Source: Octopus bimaculoides (Eukaryota). From it: a stretch of 64,000 bases of DNA. The stretch lies in contig NC_069007.1 in the NCBI RefSeq assembly GCF_001194135.2, forward strand, positions 11,987,676-12,051,675, written 5' to 3'. Both the position numbers and the translations under genes were made by a program. This document shows positions 41,001 to 54,577 of this stretch, piece after piece (the stretch's first letter is position 1; each line of letters starts with the position of its first letter). A model generated the notes under the pieces. The model did not search any database. It saw only the letters and a list, made by a program, of their open reading frames with translations, and had not been told where the DNA came from.

Positions 41001-43132
41001 ACCATATCAATGATCAATATTTGTTAACTGCTTGATAAACAAGGGAGCTCTGTGGAAGATACATCAAGTTATGCTAGAAAGATCACGGTATTTTCTTAGC
41101 TTTTCATGATTGATTGATTGATTAATCTAAGCTAATTAAGTCCCTGATGAGTTCTTAGAACAATTTAAAAGCTGAATTCTATCCATCTTCTCTCTCTCTC
41201 TCTCTATGCACTCTCTCTCTCTCTATGCACTCTCTCTCTATCTCTTACTCTTTCTCATTCTTTCTGTTCTTTATTTCCCAGTGCTACAGCCTCGCCCCAG
41301 TCACTCAGTTTCAACTATCACACTCATCTCCCCATCCCCTACCCTTCATAGTCCTGTCATTATAGTTTCTGTTGTTCTTCCTCTCGGACACATTGCTTTG
41401 GAGTAAGCAGATACAACATCAATTAATGAGGACCCTTATAGGGTACAAGGCAACCCAATTGGTGCTGGTGCTACTAAAATGTAGCCAGTACACTCTGTAA
41501 AGTGGTCGGCAAATGACTGGAAAAAAAAAAGAGTGTCAAGAGGACACTGTGGTCGTGTCAAAGACACAACAAACTTTGTAGTGCTGGTGCCATGATTAAA
41601 TGTAGCCATTACACTTTCTATAATTGTTGGTGACAGGAAGAGCATGTATCCATAGAAACTCAGTCGAAATGAAATGTATGAGCAAGATATGGTCCTCTGA
41701 CCTGTTTTAGAAAGAAGTGACTGTGAGTAAGAATTGACTCAGAATACAAGGAGCCATCTAACCCATGCTGTAATGGAAAACAGACGTAAAAAGATGACGT
41801 AGAAGATGAATTTAATTTGCCTGACAAGGTCAGTCAATTTCTCGTCAGTTAATCAATTCCCGTATCAGTTGTGTTCTATTAAGGCAAAATAGATTAAGTC
41901 GAAACGCGTGATGAGACAAGACTATACTGCACACAGATGCATTTAATGCAATGAGTGATTGTTCCGTTAACAGAGGATCAAGTACGGCTGACAATACTTC
42001 GTCTACTTAAAGAAACAACCAATACTGATAATAATTGGTCTTTAACAAGTTAGTCACAGATATCAATCTCTTTACTATGGGGAAATCGTTAATAAATAGA
42101 CTCACTTCATTGAGGTGGTGGTGGTGGTGGTCCGGTTGGCAGTCGTTGTGGTTGTGACAGTAGTAGTGGTGGTGGTGGTGGCAGCGGTGGTGGTGGCGGA
42201 TCAGATCTGGAGAGTTCATTCAATTTAAAGCCTGAGTAACTCTAAATTTAAGCCACTAACGATATGTATGTACAATTATGAGTGGCTGGATGTAGATTGC
42301 TTGGAATGGTAAGATGTGCATGTGTGTGTGTGTGTGTGATTGTGTATATGTGCATTGTATGCACCTGCATCTTTATGTATGTGTGTTGGGTGTATGTGTG
42401 TGCAAATATATATAGACGTATACACGGAAATGTATCTAGCAACACGCACACAGGTAAAGACACACAAAAGCACCAGCACACACATACACATGCAGACATT
42501 CATAGACACACACACACACAGACACATGTTCATAAGGATTCATCTTGTTATCGTAATGCCAAGCTGTTATTTTCTCTTTTATTAATGTGTATCTGTGTGT
42601 GTATGCATATGTGTGTGTGCACATCCGTCTGTATGTGTGTGCATCTGCGTATGTGTGTATCTGTTAGTGTGTGTACACGTGTGTATGTAAACGTGTGTGT
42701 GTGTCCGTCTGTGTATGTGTGTTATTTCATTCCTTAAGAGGTTATTGAATGATGACGATGATGATGGTGATGCAATTGAAATATATGTAAAATTCAAAAA
42801 TTAAACCAAAAAAAAAAACAACCAACTATTATAACAAATAATATCCAGCAACATGTCTGAAATATATAAATTCAAACAGATCGACTGTAATTCTCCATTT
42901 TAAAAACTGGGACAAGGAAAGCAACAAAAGTGGAGTTGCTTCTCAACCACATGGTTCCGGGTTCAGTCCCATTGCATAGCACCTTGGACAAGTGTCTTCT
43001 ATTATAGATTCAAGCCAACCAAAGCCTTGGGAGTGGATTTGATAGACGGAAACTGAAAGAAGCCCGTTGTATATATATATTTTTATATGTATGTATGTAT
43101 GTATGTATGTATATATTATATTATATTATATT

Positions 43133-43330
43133 CTTTTCAACTCTAGGCACAAGGCCCAAAATTTTGGGGGAGGGGGACCAGTCAATTAGATCGACCCCAG
43201 TATGCAACTGGTACTTAATTTATTGACCCTGAAAGGATGAAAGGCAAAGTTGAACTCAGAAGGTAAAAGTAGATGAAATGCCGCTGAGCATTTCACCCAG
43301 CGTGCTAAGGACTCTGCCAACACACCACCT
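43133..43330 (-). mobile_element. Family A SINE
   Basis: Full reverse motif set, flanked by TATATTATA-like repeats. Confidence 0.88.
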
Positions 43331-43389
43331 TAATTATATTATACCATATTATAATAATAAATGAATGTTCACTTGCATTTAGTGATTCT

Positions 43390-45365
43390 GCAAAGAAAGA
43401 GGCTCGGAAATGCCATTATGAAAGACTGTTGAATGTGGAGAATGAATGGGAGGAGGACAGTCTGCCAAATGTTGATCCAATTGAGGACCAGCTACCTGAA
43501 TTAACAGTACCTTGGTAGATAAAGCAATTAAGGACATGAAGGCAAGGAAAGCACCCCCGGCTCTTCAAGAATTATCACTGAGATGCTTAAAATATCTGGC
43601 GGTGTAGGTTATAGTCTAGTCACCCATATTGTAAATCAGGTGATTCACGAAGGAGTCACCCAGTGACTGGTGTAACAACACCATAGTCAACTGCTTCAAA
43701 GGTAAAGGTGATGCTTTAGATAGAAATAATTACAGAGGTATCAAATTGTTGGATCAGGTGATGAAAGTTACAGAGAGGGTCATAGCCCAACTAATTAGAG
43801 AGAGAATTAGTCTAGATGAGATGCAGTTTGGTTTTGTACCAGGGAGAAGCACCACTGATGCTATATTTCTGGTAAGGCAGCTGTTATAGAAATACATAGC
43901 CAAAGATAAACCTCAGTACTTAGCTTTTTTTGATTTGGAGAAAGCTTTCTCAAGGTCCCCTGATCCCTTATCTGGTGATCAATGTGGAAACTAGGGATAG
44001 ACGAGTGGCTGGTGAGGGCTGTATAAGCCATGTCCAGAGACACTGTCAGTAAGGTGGGGATTGGTAACAAGTACTACAAAGAATTCAGGGTACAAGTATG
44101 GGTTCAGCAAGGATCGGTCCAAAGTCCCCTCTTGTTCATCACAGTCCTCCAGGCAATAACAGAGGAATTTAAGACAGGCTGCCCTTGGGAGCTCCTCTAT
44201 GCTGATGACCTTGTTCTAATAGCTGAATCACTACCAGAACTAGAAAAGAAGTTCCAGGTATACAAGCAAGGTCTAGAACCAAAGGGCCTTAAAGGTAACC
44301 TAGCAAAGTCCAAAATCTTAGTAAGTAGAAAAACAGACAAATTACAAGACCCTTCAGGTAGATGGCCCTGATCAATCTGTAGAGAAGGTGTAGGTAGTGA
44401 CTCTATAAAATGCTCCCAGTGTAAGCTTGGGACACATAAAATGTGCAGTAATATCAGAGGAAGGTTAACAGGGAAAATAGCTTTTGTGTGTGGTAGATGC
44501 GCAGGTACAACAAACACCAAAAATGTACAGAAAATATACTTCATCAACTGCCATGGGAATAAACTAGAGGTAGTGGATAGCTTCTGTTTCCTAGGTGTTC
44601 ATATTAGTAGCGGAGGTGGATGCCCCGAGAGCATAGGTGTCAGAATAAAACTAGGCTGGCCCAAATTTAGAGAGCTCTTGCCTCTGATGGCAACAAGGGG
44701 CCTCTTTCTCAGAGTGAAAGGTAGATTGTATGATGCCTGTATGCAAACAGTTATGCAACATGGCAGTGAAACATAGCCTGTGATAGCCAAGGATGTGTAG
44801 GCTTGAAAGAAATGGAGCCAGTATGCTTTGCTGGATGTGTAATGTCAGTGTGCATGTACGGCAGAGTGTGAGCGTCTTGAGAGAAATGTTAGGCATATGG
44901 ACGAGGACAACTGTGTAAAGAAGTACTGATCTCTAACCGTGGAGGGAACCTGTGGTAAAGGTAGACCCAGAAAGACATGGAACGAGTTGGTGAAGCATGA
45001 TCTCCAAACTTTGGGCCTCACAGAGGCAATGACAAGTGACCGAGACCTTTGGCGATATGCTGTGCTTCAGAGGACCTGTCAAACCAAGTGAAATCGCAGT
45101 CATGGTTGATGCTGGTGTCACATAACCAGCACCCATGCAGATGGCACATAAAAAGCACCTTTCAAGCATTGAGTCTCACAGAGGTAAAGTGGCTGAGCTC
45201 CTTTCGAGTGTTGGGCCTCACAGAGGCAATGATCGAGACCTTTGGCATTATGTTCTGCATGAGAAGAAGACTCATCAAGCCAAGCACAGTCATGGCAGAT
45301 ACCAGTGTCATGCAAATGGCACCCATGCCGGTGGCACATAAAAACACCTTTTGAGCATTGGGGCT
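43390..45365 (+). pseudogene. RTE-clade LINE ORF2 fragment (RT domain to C-terminus and 3' UTR), with stops and frameshifts
   Basis: Translates KGKGDALDRNNYRGIKLLDQVMK..QFGFVPGRSTTDAIF..FFDLEKAF..QQGSVQSPLLF..ELLYADDLVLIAES..FCFLG..GRPRKTWNELVKHDL. No endonuclease domain is present. Confidence 0.96.
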
Positions 45366-45477
45366 CATGCAGGTAAAAGGACTGAGACTCAGTGTGTTAA
45401 CAGCTCTGCCAATTTGTAATAACACTGTGAAGATGAGTATGAAAATTCACAGGCTTTATTAATTAATAAAGCCCGTT

Positions 45478-45680
45478 AAGGTGGCAAGCTGGACGAAATG
45501 CTTAATCGTATTTCGTCTGTCGCTACGTTCTGAGTTAAAATTTCGCCAAGGTAGACTTTGCCTTTCATCCTCTTGGCGTTGATAAATTAAACACCAGTTG
45601 TGTACTGGGTTCGATCTAATTGAGTGGCCCCCACCCCCAAAATTTGAGGCGTTGTACCTATAGCAGGAAGCATTTCATAA
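45478..45680 (+). mobile_element. Family A SINE
   Basis: AAGGTGGCAAGCTGG..CTGAGTTAAAATTTCGCCAAGGTAGACTTTGCCTTTCATCC. Confidence 0.82.
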
Positions 45681-46074
45681 TGGTTATCTCCTCTTCAATC
45701 ACAGAAACCAGAGAAGATGTGTTGCAAGCTGATAAGGGAAATTGTCTCTCTTATGATATTCCCGTCATTGTAGAATGTCTGTTGGCACTGATCAGTGACT
45801 CACCACAAACAAATTACAGGGTGACAGTGCTGAGCAGTGATGTGTATAGATATAAGGTTATTAGCAGCTCAAATGTGCTTGGGGCATATTTGGTCCGGTA
45901 AGAAAGCTATTCATTGTGTTTTGTCATGGAGCAAATTTCTTGCTGTGGACAAATGGGCATCAAGACACCAAAAGCAGCTTGCAGCACCCCTTACACAGAA
46001 TGTGGGATGCAGGCATACTGATGTGTTAAAACACACACATATGACTGGTACTCTGTCAGTTATGTTGACGAGGC

Positions 46075-46345
46075 TTCAGTTGGTTTGATAAACGGAACAG
46101 CCTGCTCGTGAAATTAACGTGCAAGTGGCTGAGCACTCCACAGACATATGTCTACCCTTAATGTAGTTTTCGGGTAGATTCAGCTTGACTCAGGATGTGA
46201 CAAAGCTGGCCCTTTGAATTACAGGTGGATTGGAGCAATGAGAAATAAGTGTCTTGCTCAAGGACACAACGCATTGCCAGGAATTGAACTCGCGAGCTTA
46301 CGATCATGAGCCAATACCCTAACTACTGAGCCATGCACCTTCACA
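46075..46345 (-). mobile_element. tRNA-headed CORE-like SINE with family F tail
   Basis: Reverse: GCATGGCTCAGTAGTTAGGG..GAGTTCAATTCC..GTTGTGTCCTTGAGCAAGACACTT..TGTAATTCAAAGGGCCAGC. Confidence 0.82.
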
Positions 46346-46415
46346 CACACACACACACACATCACACATATACACATACATGAATTCAAATATAAACGCC
46401 TACACGCAGATGTAT

Positions 46416-46451
<36 letters not shown>

Positions 46452-47377
46452 AATATATATGTAGGTGTCTACACACAAGCACATAAACTCACAGACATGA
46501 TGACAAATATAAATGCATAAATGAAATTACAAGCTCTTAGAGGTCCACAAACATGAAAAAATTTCGTTGGTGTATATTATGAGAACTGAATTTCAATCAG
46601 TTTGATTTTTTTTACCGAATTGTCTTTGGTTCTATGGAAATTAGGGGAAGCACTTCAAGAATACAAAGCTTCAATATTTCTTTCAAATCAGTAAAAAACA
46701 ATATAATGCTCTATTTTTGAACAACTTCAAGAGTTATGTATAATACTGGATCTCCCATTGAGAAGTTGCATTATCGATTCGTACACTCATAGATTTGTGT
46801 GTGTGTGTTTTATGAATAATATTGTCATAAATAGTACAGACAAGGGGATTTAACAGGAAAATTGAAAAAACAGCACAGACAGACATGCAAAAATGTGACC
46901 CTTTTATCAGTTACCAATTGAAAATCATATCGTCACCTATTTCTCATTTCACTGGTTCTCATAATCTGTTAGGATACAAGGATACAGATGAGTATGTGTG
47001 AAGAATAATCAAAGATGAGAGAAATATAAGTAAAAGTGAGAAAACAATGAGGAATTTCGGGAGAGGAAACCGACAATGGGTCACTAACAGATTGCCTTAT
47101 GACTTTCACAATAATGTAAAGTAATGCAAGGAAGAAAATAGTTTAACACCTTGAGGTTCTATTGTCTATCTGGGTTTTTTTTTCTGTGATATATCATATT
47201 TGATGGCAAACTAAACACACTCCAATTTCAACAGCATGTAATCAGAAGAGAAAGTTTTTAATGAATTAAAGCTAATGAGACCCAGGATCTTATACTTTTT
47301 ACATAATTTTAATAATTCTGTTAGACATATTTTTTAAATAAACACATCTTAAATGCCATCAAATATGGTATATATGT

Positions 47378-48264
47378 ACAGGATGGCTGGATTAAATTTG
47401 ACAGTTTGCATAAAAGAAAAACAAAACAAAATATTTCATCCAAAAATAAAAGTATCTAAAATAGATTCAAAAGATACCAATTATAATATCGCTGGGAGAC
47501 GAGAGTTTATTCAAAATAGCCACCGTCAGTTTACACCATGGCCTCAAGACAGCTCTGGAACCTGGCGAATGCACTCCTCATTGTGTCACTAGGAAGATCT
47601 TTGAACACGTTCTTGATCTTGGCCACTAGCTTGGCCTTGATGTTGCAGGTAGAGTGGTTGGTGTCTCTTTCAACCATGCCACACACATAGTAATCCCATG
47701 GGAATTAGAAGACCAGAAATTGGGGCTGGTGAAAATCACTGACAACAATTTCTCACTCTTTCTAGAAATATGGCAAGGAACCAAATCTTGCTGCGATTCA
47801 TAAGGTCTTCTAGAAGCAGCCCTCTCTAACCGAGGCTTGATTACAGGCTCCAGCAGCTTCACATAGCCATCTGAATTTAGCTTAAGGCCCTGATCAAAGA
47901 TGTGGCAATGAATTCCAGCATGTGGATTCAGTCAGAATGCTTGCTGTGTCCTTTCCAGCTGGCCATGGTTTCGTAGTCTCTGTTGCAGCTGTCTGTGTCA
48001 CGTCTTACAGTCTTTACAGTGTTCACAGAGCATTGAGCAGCAGCTGTGATAGCAGTATTTTGACATCCAGTGCAAATCATCACAATACCTCTGACTCTTT
48101 TCCAATATCCAAATGGCTTCCACTCCTCCACGTCAGCCAACTTTTTCTCAGCTACGACTTTAATCTTTTTGCACCCCAACACATTTTACTGTTAAGCAAT
48201 ACATCAAGCTGCTCCTGAAAAAAGGTGACATAAAAGAAGCCATCAAATTAAGCCTGGAAACCAT
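47378..48264 (-). mobile_element. Internally deleted Tc1/mariner transposon (maT/DD37D-like suspected)
   Basis: N-terminal HTH-like AAAQCSVNTVKTVRR is fused to IFDQGLKLNSDGYVKLLEPVIKP..QQD..CHISRK..NFW..DYYVCGMVERDTN..DGGYFE*. The element starts TA-CAGGATGG, and the other end is a degraded inverted copy beside (TA)n. Confidence 0.88.
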
Positions 48265-48688
48265 ATATATNNNNNNNNNNNNNNNNNNNNNNNNNNNNNN
48301 NNNNNNNNNNNNNNNNNNNNNNNNNNNNNNNNNNNNNNNNNNNNNNNNNNNNNNNNNNNNNNNNNNNNNNNNNNNNNNNNNNNNNNNNNNNNNNNNNNNN
48401 NNNNNNNNNNNNNNNNNNNNNNNNNNNNNNNNNNNNNNNNNNNNNNNNNNNNNNNNNNNNNNNNNNNNNNNNNNNNNNNNNNNNNNNNNNNNNNNNNNNN
48501 NNNNNNNNNNNNNNNNNNNNNNNNNNNNNNNNNNNNNNNNNNNNNNNNNNNNNNNNNNNNNNNNNNNNNNNNNNNNNNNNNNNNNNNNNNNNNNNNNNNN
48601 NNNNNNNNNNNNNNNNNNNNNNNNNNNNNNNNNNNNNNNNNNNNNNNNNNNNNNNNNNNNNNNNNNNNNNNNNNNNNNNNNNNNNNNN

Positions 48689-48747
<59 letters not shown>

Positions 48748-49231
48748 ATATATAATGCCAACATATTTTTCTCTCCTTTTTTTTCCTGTCATCCCTTCCT
48801 GTCAAAGAGCATAAGGTCAAAATGTCAAGATCTTTCCATTCTTCCCTCACCTGTTTTTATCTTTTGCTTTCTGTACGTTTGAATCATATATACATACACA
48901 CACACACACACACCGATAAATATATATATGTAACTTTCTAGGTGCAATCCCATAATTATTCATGACCAAAGGGTGTCAGCCATACTAAATTTATAATTAT
49001 ATACAAAGTTATATAAATTTGATATATAAAATTACCTGCAAGGGTTTTATTTTACTCTGACCACTTGATAAAATCATTAAAGTGATTTTATCTTTAATTC
49101 TATAAAGAATATATATATAACAATGGTATTTTTATATAAGCCTAAAGCTAATGGTAATTACTGTGCAATGCCTAAGGAAAATAGTCTAATAAAGGGGCAT
49201 ATAAGCCTTCAACAGAAAAAAGGAGGCTTTT

Positions 49232-49304
49232 CTGTCCACGTAGGAGTTGAACCCTCATCGCTTTGTTAACACAACTAAGTGTATTACCTTTACACCAGTG
49301 AATC
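49232..49304 (-). pseudogene. tRNA-like relic (GTG at the anticodon position, His-like)
   Basis: 73 nt with tRNA geometry: a partial acceptor stem TTCAC/GTGGA, D-stem GTGT/ATAC with GG in the loop, and T-loop G-TTCAACT-C. The anticodon stem is broken. A T6 run lies about 10 nt downstream. Confidence 0.45.
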
Positions 49305-49462
49305 AGTCTCCCCATTTCTGTCAAATTTAAGAATTATAATACTTTGTGTTTGTTTTTATGTAAACAAGCTTTCTAGATGCTTTCTGTCTCTTTTGCTGAA
49401 CCACTAGGTTATGGGAACGTAAACACACCTTCATCGGTTGTCAAGCGATGGTGGGAGGACAA

Positions 49463-49493
<31 letters not shown>

Positions 49494-49664
49494 CAACAGG
49501 CTTCTTTCAGTTTCCATCTACCAAATTCACTCACAAGGCTTTGGTCGGCCTGAGGCTATAGCAGATGACATTTGCCCAAGTTGGCACGCAGTGGTACTGA
49601 ACCCAGAACCATGTCGTTGGTAAGCAAGGTACTTACCACAAAGCCTATGTATGCTTTTGTGTGT

Positions 49665-49702
<38 letters not shown>

Positions 49703-50460
49703 TTTATGAATACCACAAACATCCATGCTTTATATGTACATCTAAAAGTACATATATAGGAGTGCATTTTTGTTAGTGCACAGAGATAAATGTAGATGTT
49801 AATCTCTGTATGTGTGTGAATGTGTGTGTGTGTCTGTGTATGTGGTATAAGAGGTGGGTGAGTTCAGCTGTCCTGAGTTCATTGCCATAACCATACATCA
49901 AAAGTCACTCCACAACAGAATGTGTGAAGAACAACAAAGAACTAGGACTCACACACACACACTTCCAAGAAAAATTAGTCTAGATTAGCTTATACATACA
50001 CAATGTACATAGACACGCACGCGTGCGCAAGACTGCACATGACACATAAACAAACTCATACAAGCAGACACACATATACACACATACACAGAACACAATT
50101 ATGCATATATACACACACACAATAACAAGAAATGCAGATTGAGATGAAATGCAAAAATACAAATGAGTCAGTGTGTGTGTGTTTGTGTCCTTCTGTGAGA
50201 GTGCATACGTGTGTGTGTGTGTGTGTGTGTGATCTCTTTATTCAGTTAACTTCGTTACAAAGTTAATTCTATTTCAGTTCTAGGTGAATCTCTACACCAC
50301 TGGCAGCTAATTCTATAACCGTATGTACATACATACGTTATGTATGTATATATGTACATACATATATACATATATGTGTGTGTACACGTATATATATATG
50401 TGTGTTTATGTACATATATACATATATATATATATATCTGTGTGTGTGTGTACATATATA

Positions 50461-50500
<40 letters not shown>

Positions 50501-51329
50501 NNNNNNNNNNNNNNNNNNNNNNNNNNNNNNNNNNNNNNNNNNNNNNNNNNNNNNNNNNNNNNNNNNNNNNNNNNNNNNNNNNNNNNNNNNNNNNNNNNNN
50601 NNNNNNNNNNNNNNNNNNNNNNNNNNNNNNNNNNNNNNNNNNNNNNNNNNNNNNNNNNNNNNNNNNNNNNNNNNNNNNNNNNNNNNNNNNNNNNNNNNNN
50701 NNNNNNNNNNNNNNNNNNNNNNNNNNNNNNNNNNNNNNNNNNNNNNNNNNNNNNNNNNNNNNNNNNNNNNNNNNNNNNNNNNNNNNNNNNNNNNNNNNNN
50801 NNNNNNNNNNNNNNNNNNNNNNNNNNNNNNNNNNNNNNNNNNNNNNNNNNNNNNNNNNNNNNNNNNNNNNNNNNNNNNNNNNNNNNNNNNNNNNNNNNNN
50901 NNNNNNNNNNNNNNNNNNNNNNNNNNNNNNNNNNNNNNNNNNNNNNNNNNNNNNNNNNNNNNNNNNNNNNNNNNNNNNNNNNNNNNNNNNNNNNNNNNNN
51001 NNNNNNNNNNNNNNNNNNNNNNNNNNNNNNNNNNNNNNNNNNNNNNNNNNNNNNNNNNNNNNNNNNNNNNNNNNNNNNNNNNNNNNNNNNNNNNNNNNNN
51101 NNNNNNNNNNNNNNNNNNNNNNNNNNNNNNNNNNNNNNNNNNNNNNNNNNNNNNNNNNNNNNNNNNNNNNNNNNNNNNNNNNNNNNNNNNNNNNNNNNNN
51201 NNNNNNNNNNNNNNNNNNNNNNNNNNNNNNNNNNNNNNNNNNNNNNNNNNNNNNNNNNNNNNNNNNNNNNNNNNNNNNNNNNNNNNNNNNNNNNNNNNNN
51301 TCAGTACAAGTTGTAGAGTATAGTTATAG

Positions 51330-53260
51330 GCACTGACATGGCAGTGTGGTGAGAAGCTTGCTTCCCAACCTCATGGTTCTGGGTTCAGTCCCACTGTGTG
51401 GCACCTTGAGAAAGTGTCTTCTGCTATAGCTTCAGGCTGATCAAAGCCTTGTGAGTGGATTTGGTAGACGGAAACTGAAAGAAGCCTATTGTGTAAATGT
51501 GTGTGTGTCTGTCTGTCTGTCTTTGTGTCTGTGTATATGTCCCCCATAACTTAGCCGTTCAGCAAACGCGATTAATAGAATAAGTATCAAGTTTTAAAAA
51601 AGTGATTTAAGTCCTGTGGGTAGGGGGTTAATTCATTCAACGAAAAATTCTTCAAGGCTTTGTCCCAGCATGGTCACAATCTAATGCCTCAAACAAGTGG
51701 CAGAAAGATAAAAGAAAGCGAAACTCATTCTAGCCTGATGCCATTTGCCATTATTTAAATTTCCCCCATTGATACGATAAGACAAAGATGATTGCTGTTT
51801 GGTTCCAGAATGGAAAATGAATGGCAGACATTTCCCTTTGTCCAAGATGGAGTCCGCAGCTCATAATAGTAAGACCCTGATATCATGAACTTTACTCTTT
51901 TCATTTGTTCCAAGCATTGGATTGTGGCTATGCTGGAGCAGCGCCAAACAGGGTTCATCAAAGAAATTGACCTCAGTACTAATTTTGAATCTGGTTCTTA
52001 TCTCATGTATCCTTTTACTTGTTTCAGCCATTTGACTGTGGCCATGCTGGAGCACCATCCTTTAGTCGAAGAAATCAACCCCAGGACTTATTCTTTGTAA
52101 GCCTAGTACTTATTCTATCGGTCTCTTTTGCTGAACCACTAAGTTACAGGGACATAAACGCACTAATATCAGTTGTCAAGCAATGGAAAGGGGACAAGCA
52201 CAGACACACAAACACACACATACATAAACACACACACACACACACGCACACATACACACATATTTGCACAATAGGCTTCTTTCAGTTTACGCCTACCAGA
52301 TCCACTCACAAGGCTTTGGTCGGCCTGTGGCTATAGTTGAAAACACTTGCCCAAGTTGTCACACAGTGGGACTGAACCCAGAACCATGTGGTTGGGAAGC
52401 AAACTTCTTACCACACCTGCACCTATTGGTCTATTCTTCTTTCTAGCCAAACTGTTAAGTCACAGTGATATAAGTGGTGAAGGAACAAATACAAACACAC
52501 TCACCCATGATGGGCTTCTCACAGTTTCCGTCAACAAGTTTCACTCACAAAGCAAGGGTAGGTCATCCTGAGACTATAGTTAATTGACACTTGCCCAAGG
52601 TATCACACAGTGAGACTGTAACCAGAACCATTTAGATCCAAAAAGACCATTGTAACTATAAGAACTTGCTTGCACCCACCCCGCACACATATATATATTC
52701 TTTTATTTGTTTCAGTGATTTTGACTGCGGCCATGCTGGAGCACCACCTTTAGTCAAACAAATCAGCCCCAAGACTTATTCTTTGTGAGCCTAATACTTA
52801 TACTATCAGTTTCATTTGCTGAACCACTAAGTCTACAGGAATGTAAACACACCAACATCGGTTGTCAAGTGATGGTGGGAGGCAAACACACACAGAAACA
52901 TACACACACATACACGTATATATACAACAAGCTTCTTTCAATTTCTATCTACCAAATCCACTCACATGGCTTTGGTCGGCCCAAGGCTATAGTAGAAGAC
53001 ACTTGCCCAAGGTGTCATGCAGTGGGACTGAATCTGGAACCATGTGGTTGGGAAGCAAGCTACTTACCACACAGCCACTCCTGCACCTATATATATATAT
53101 ATGATGGGCTTCTTTCAGTTTCTGTCTACCAAATCCACTCACAAGACTCTGGTTGGCCTGAGGCTACAGTAGAAGACACTTGCACAAGATGCCATGCAGT
53201 GGAACTGAACCTGGAACCATGTGTTGGTAAGCAAGCTACTTACCACACAGCTACTCCTGC
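51330..53260. mobile_element. Cluster of about five family B SINEs
   Basis: Plus-strand copy at 51330-51700. Minus-strand copies at about 52005-52415, 52440-52650, 52700-53085 and 53100-53260. Confidence 0.88.
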
Positions 53261-53266
53261 GCTTAT

Positions 53267-53315
<49 letters not shown>

Positions 53316-54577
53316 CATACATATAAAGTACATGTGCATACATATCTATATCTATATATACACACAAGCATATACATATAAATATAACGACACAGACACA
53401 TAAACATGTATAGTAAAACAGGGAAATATGAGAGAACTAGTGATCTTCTGCTCCAGTGAAAAGTAATACAAGTAACAAAACTGTGTAATAAGAGAGGTAG
53501 AAAGCCTACTATGTATGTATGCATACATGTATGTATGTATGCATACATGTATGTATGTATACATGTTTGTGTGTGTGTGTATATATGTGTGTCGGTTTGT
53601 GTGTGTGTACAAACAGGAGAATCTGCTCTCAGTATTAAAAGTGGTGCCATTATATTTCTTTGCATTGTTTTTATAGCAAAATATATTCCTTTAGATTTAT
53701 GGGTAAATGATACACACACACACACACATGCACACAAACATACACATATATATAAACACACATATGCATACATAGACATATATATGCCATATATCCGTGT
53801 GTGTGTGTGCATGTGTTTGGATATCTGTGTGTGTATGTGTAGTTAGATAGTTAGATGGACAGACAGATAAATATATAGATGTGGATGGATGGATGAATGG
53901 ATAGATAGATAGATAGCTAGATGGATAGATAAAGAGACAGCTAGATGAATAAATAGACTGAGAGACTTACAGACAGAAAGACAGACAGATAGACAGATAC
54001 AGACAGAGAGAATGGTCTGTCTAATCATTGTAGATCTCACAACATAAAGGGATGTAACTTGATACCGTAATGCATTTTGTCTGGTATTGTTCTGGATTCT
54101 GTTAACACACTTCCGTTGATTATGATGGTGATGATAATAATGGTTTCAAATTTTGGCACAGAGCCAGCAGCTCTTTGAGAGGAGGAGGAGGAAATCAATC
54201 ACATTGACCCCACTTCTTGACTGATACTTCTTTTGTGAACCCCAAAAGGATGAAAGGCAAAAACAACCTCAGCAGAATTCAAACTCAGAAGGTGAGGGTG
54301 GATGATATGCCATTAAGCATTTTTTCTGGTGTGCAAATGATTTTGTCAGCTCACTGCCTAAACAGCCATAACAACAACAACAACAATAATAATAATAATA
54401 ATAATATTGTGTAAACTCCTGTCTGAGGTCCTTGTTGTGACTTGACAGACAGTACAAACCCCCAGAAGACACAATATCTTCAATCAGCAACCTCACGATA
54501 TGGGATACTGAACAAGTTTTCAATAATAATGATAATAGTAATAATGATAATAATAATAATAATAATAATAATAATAG

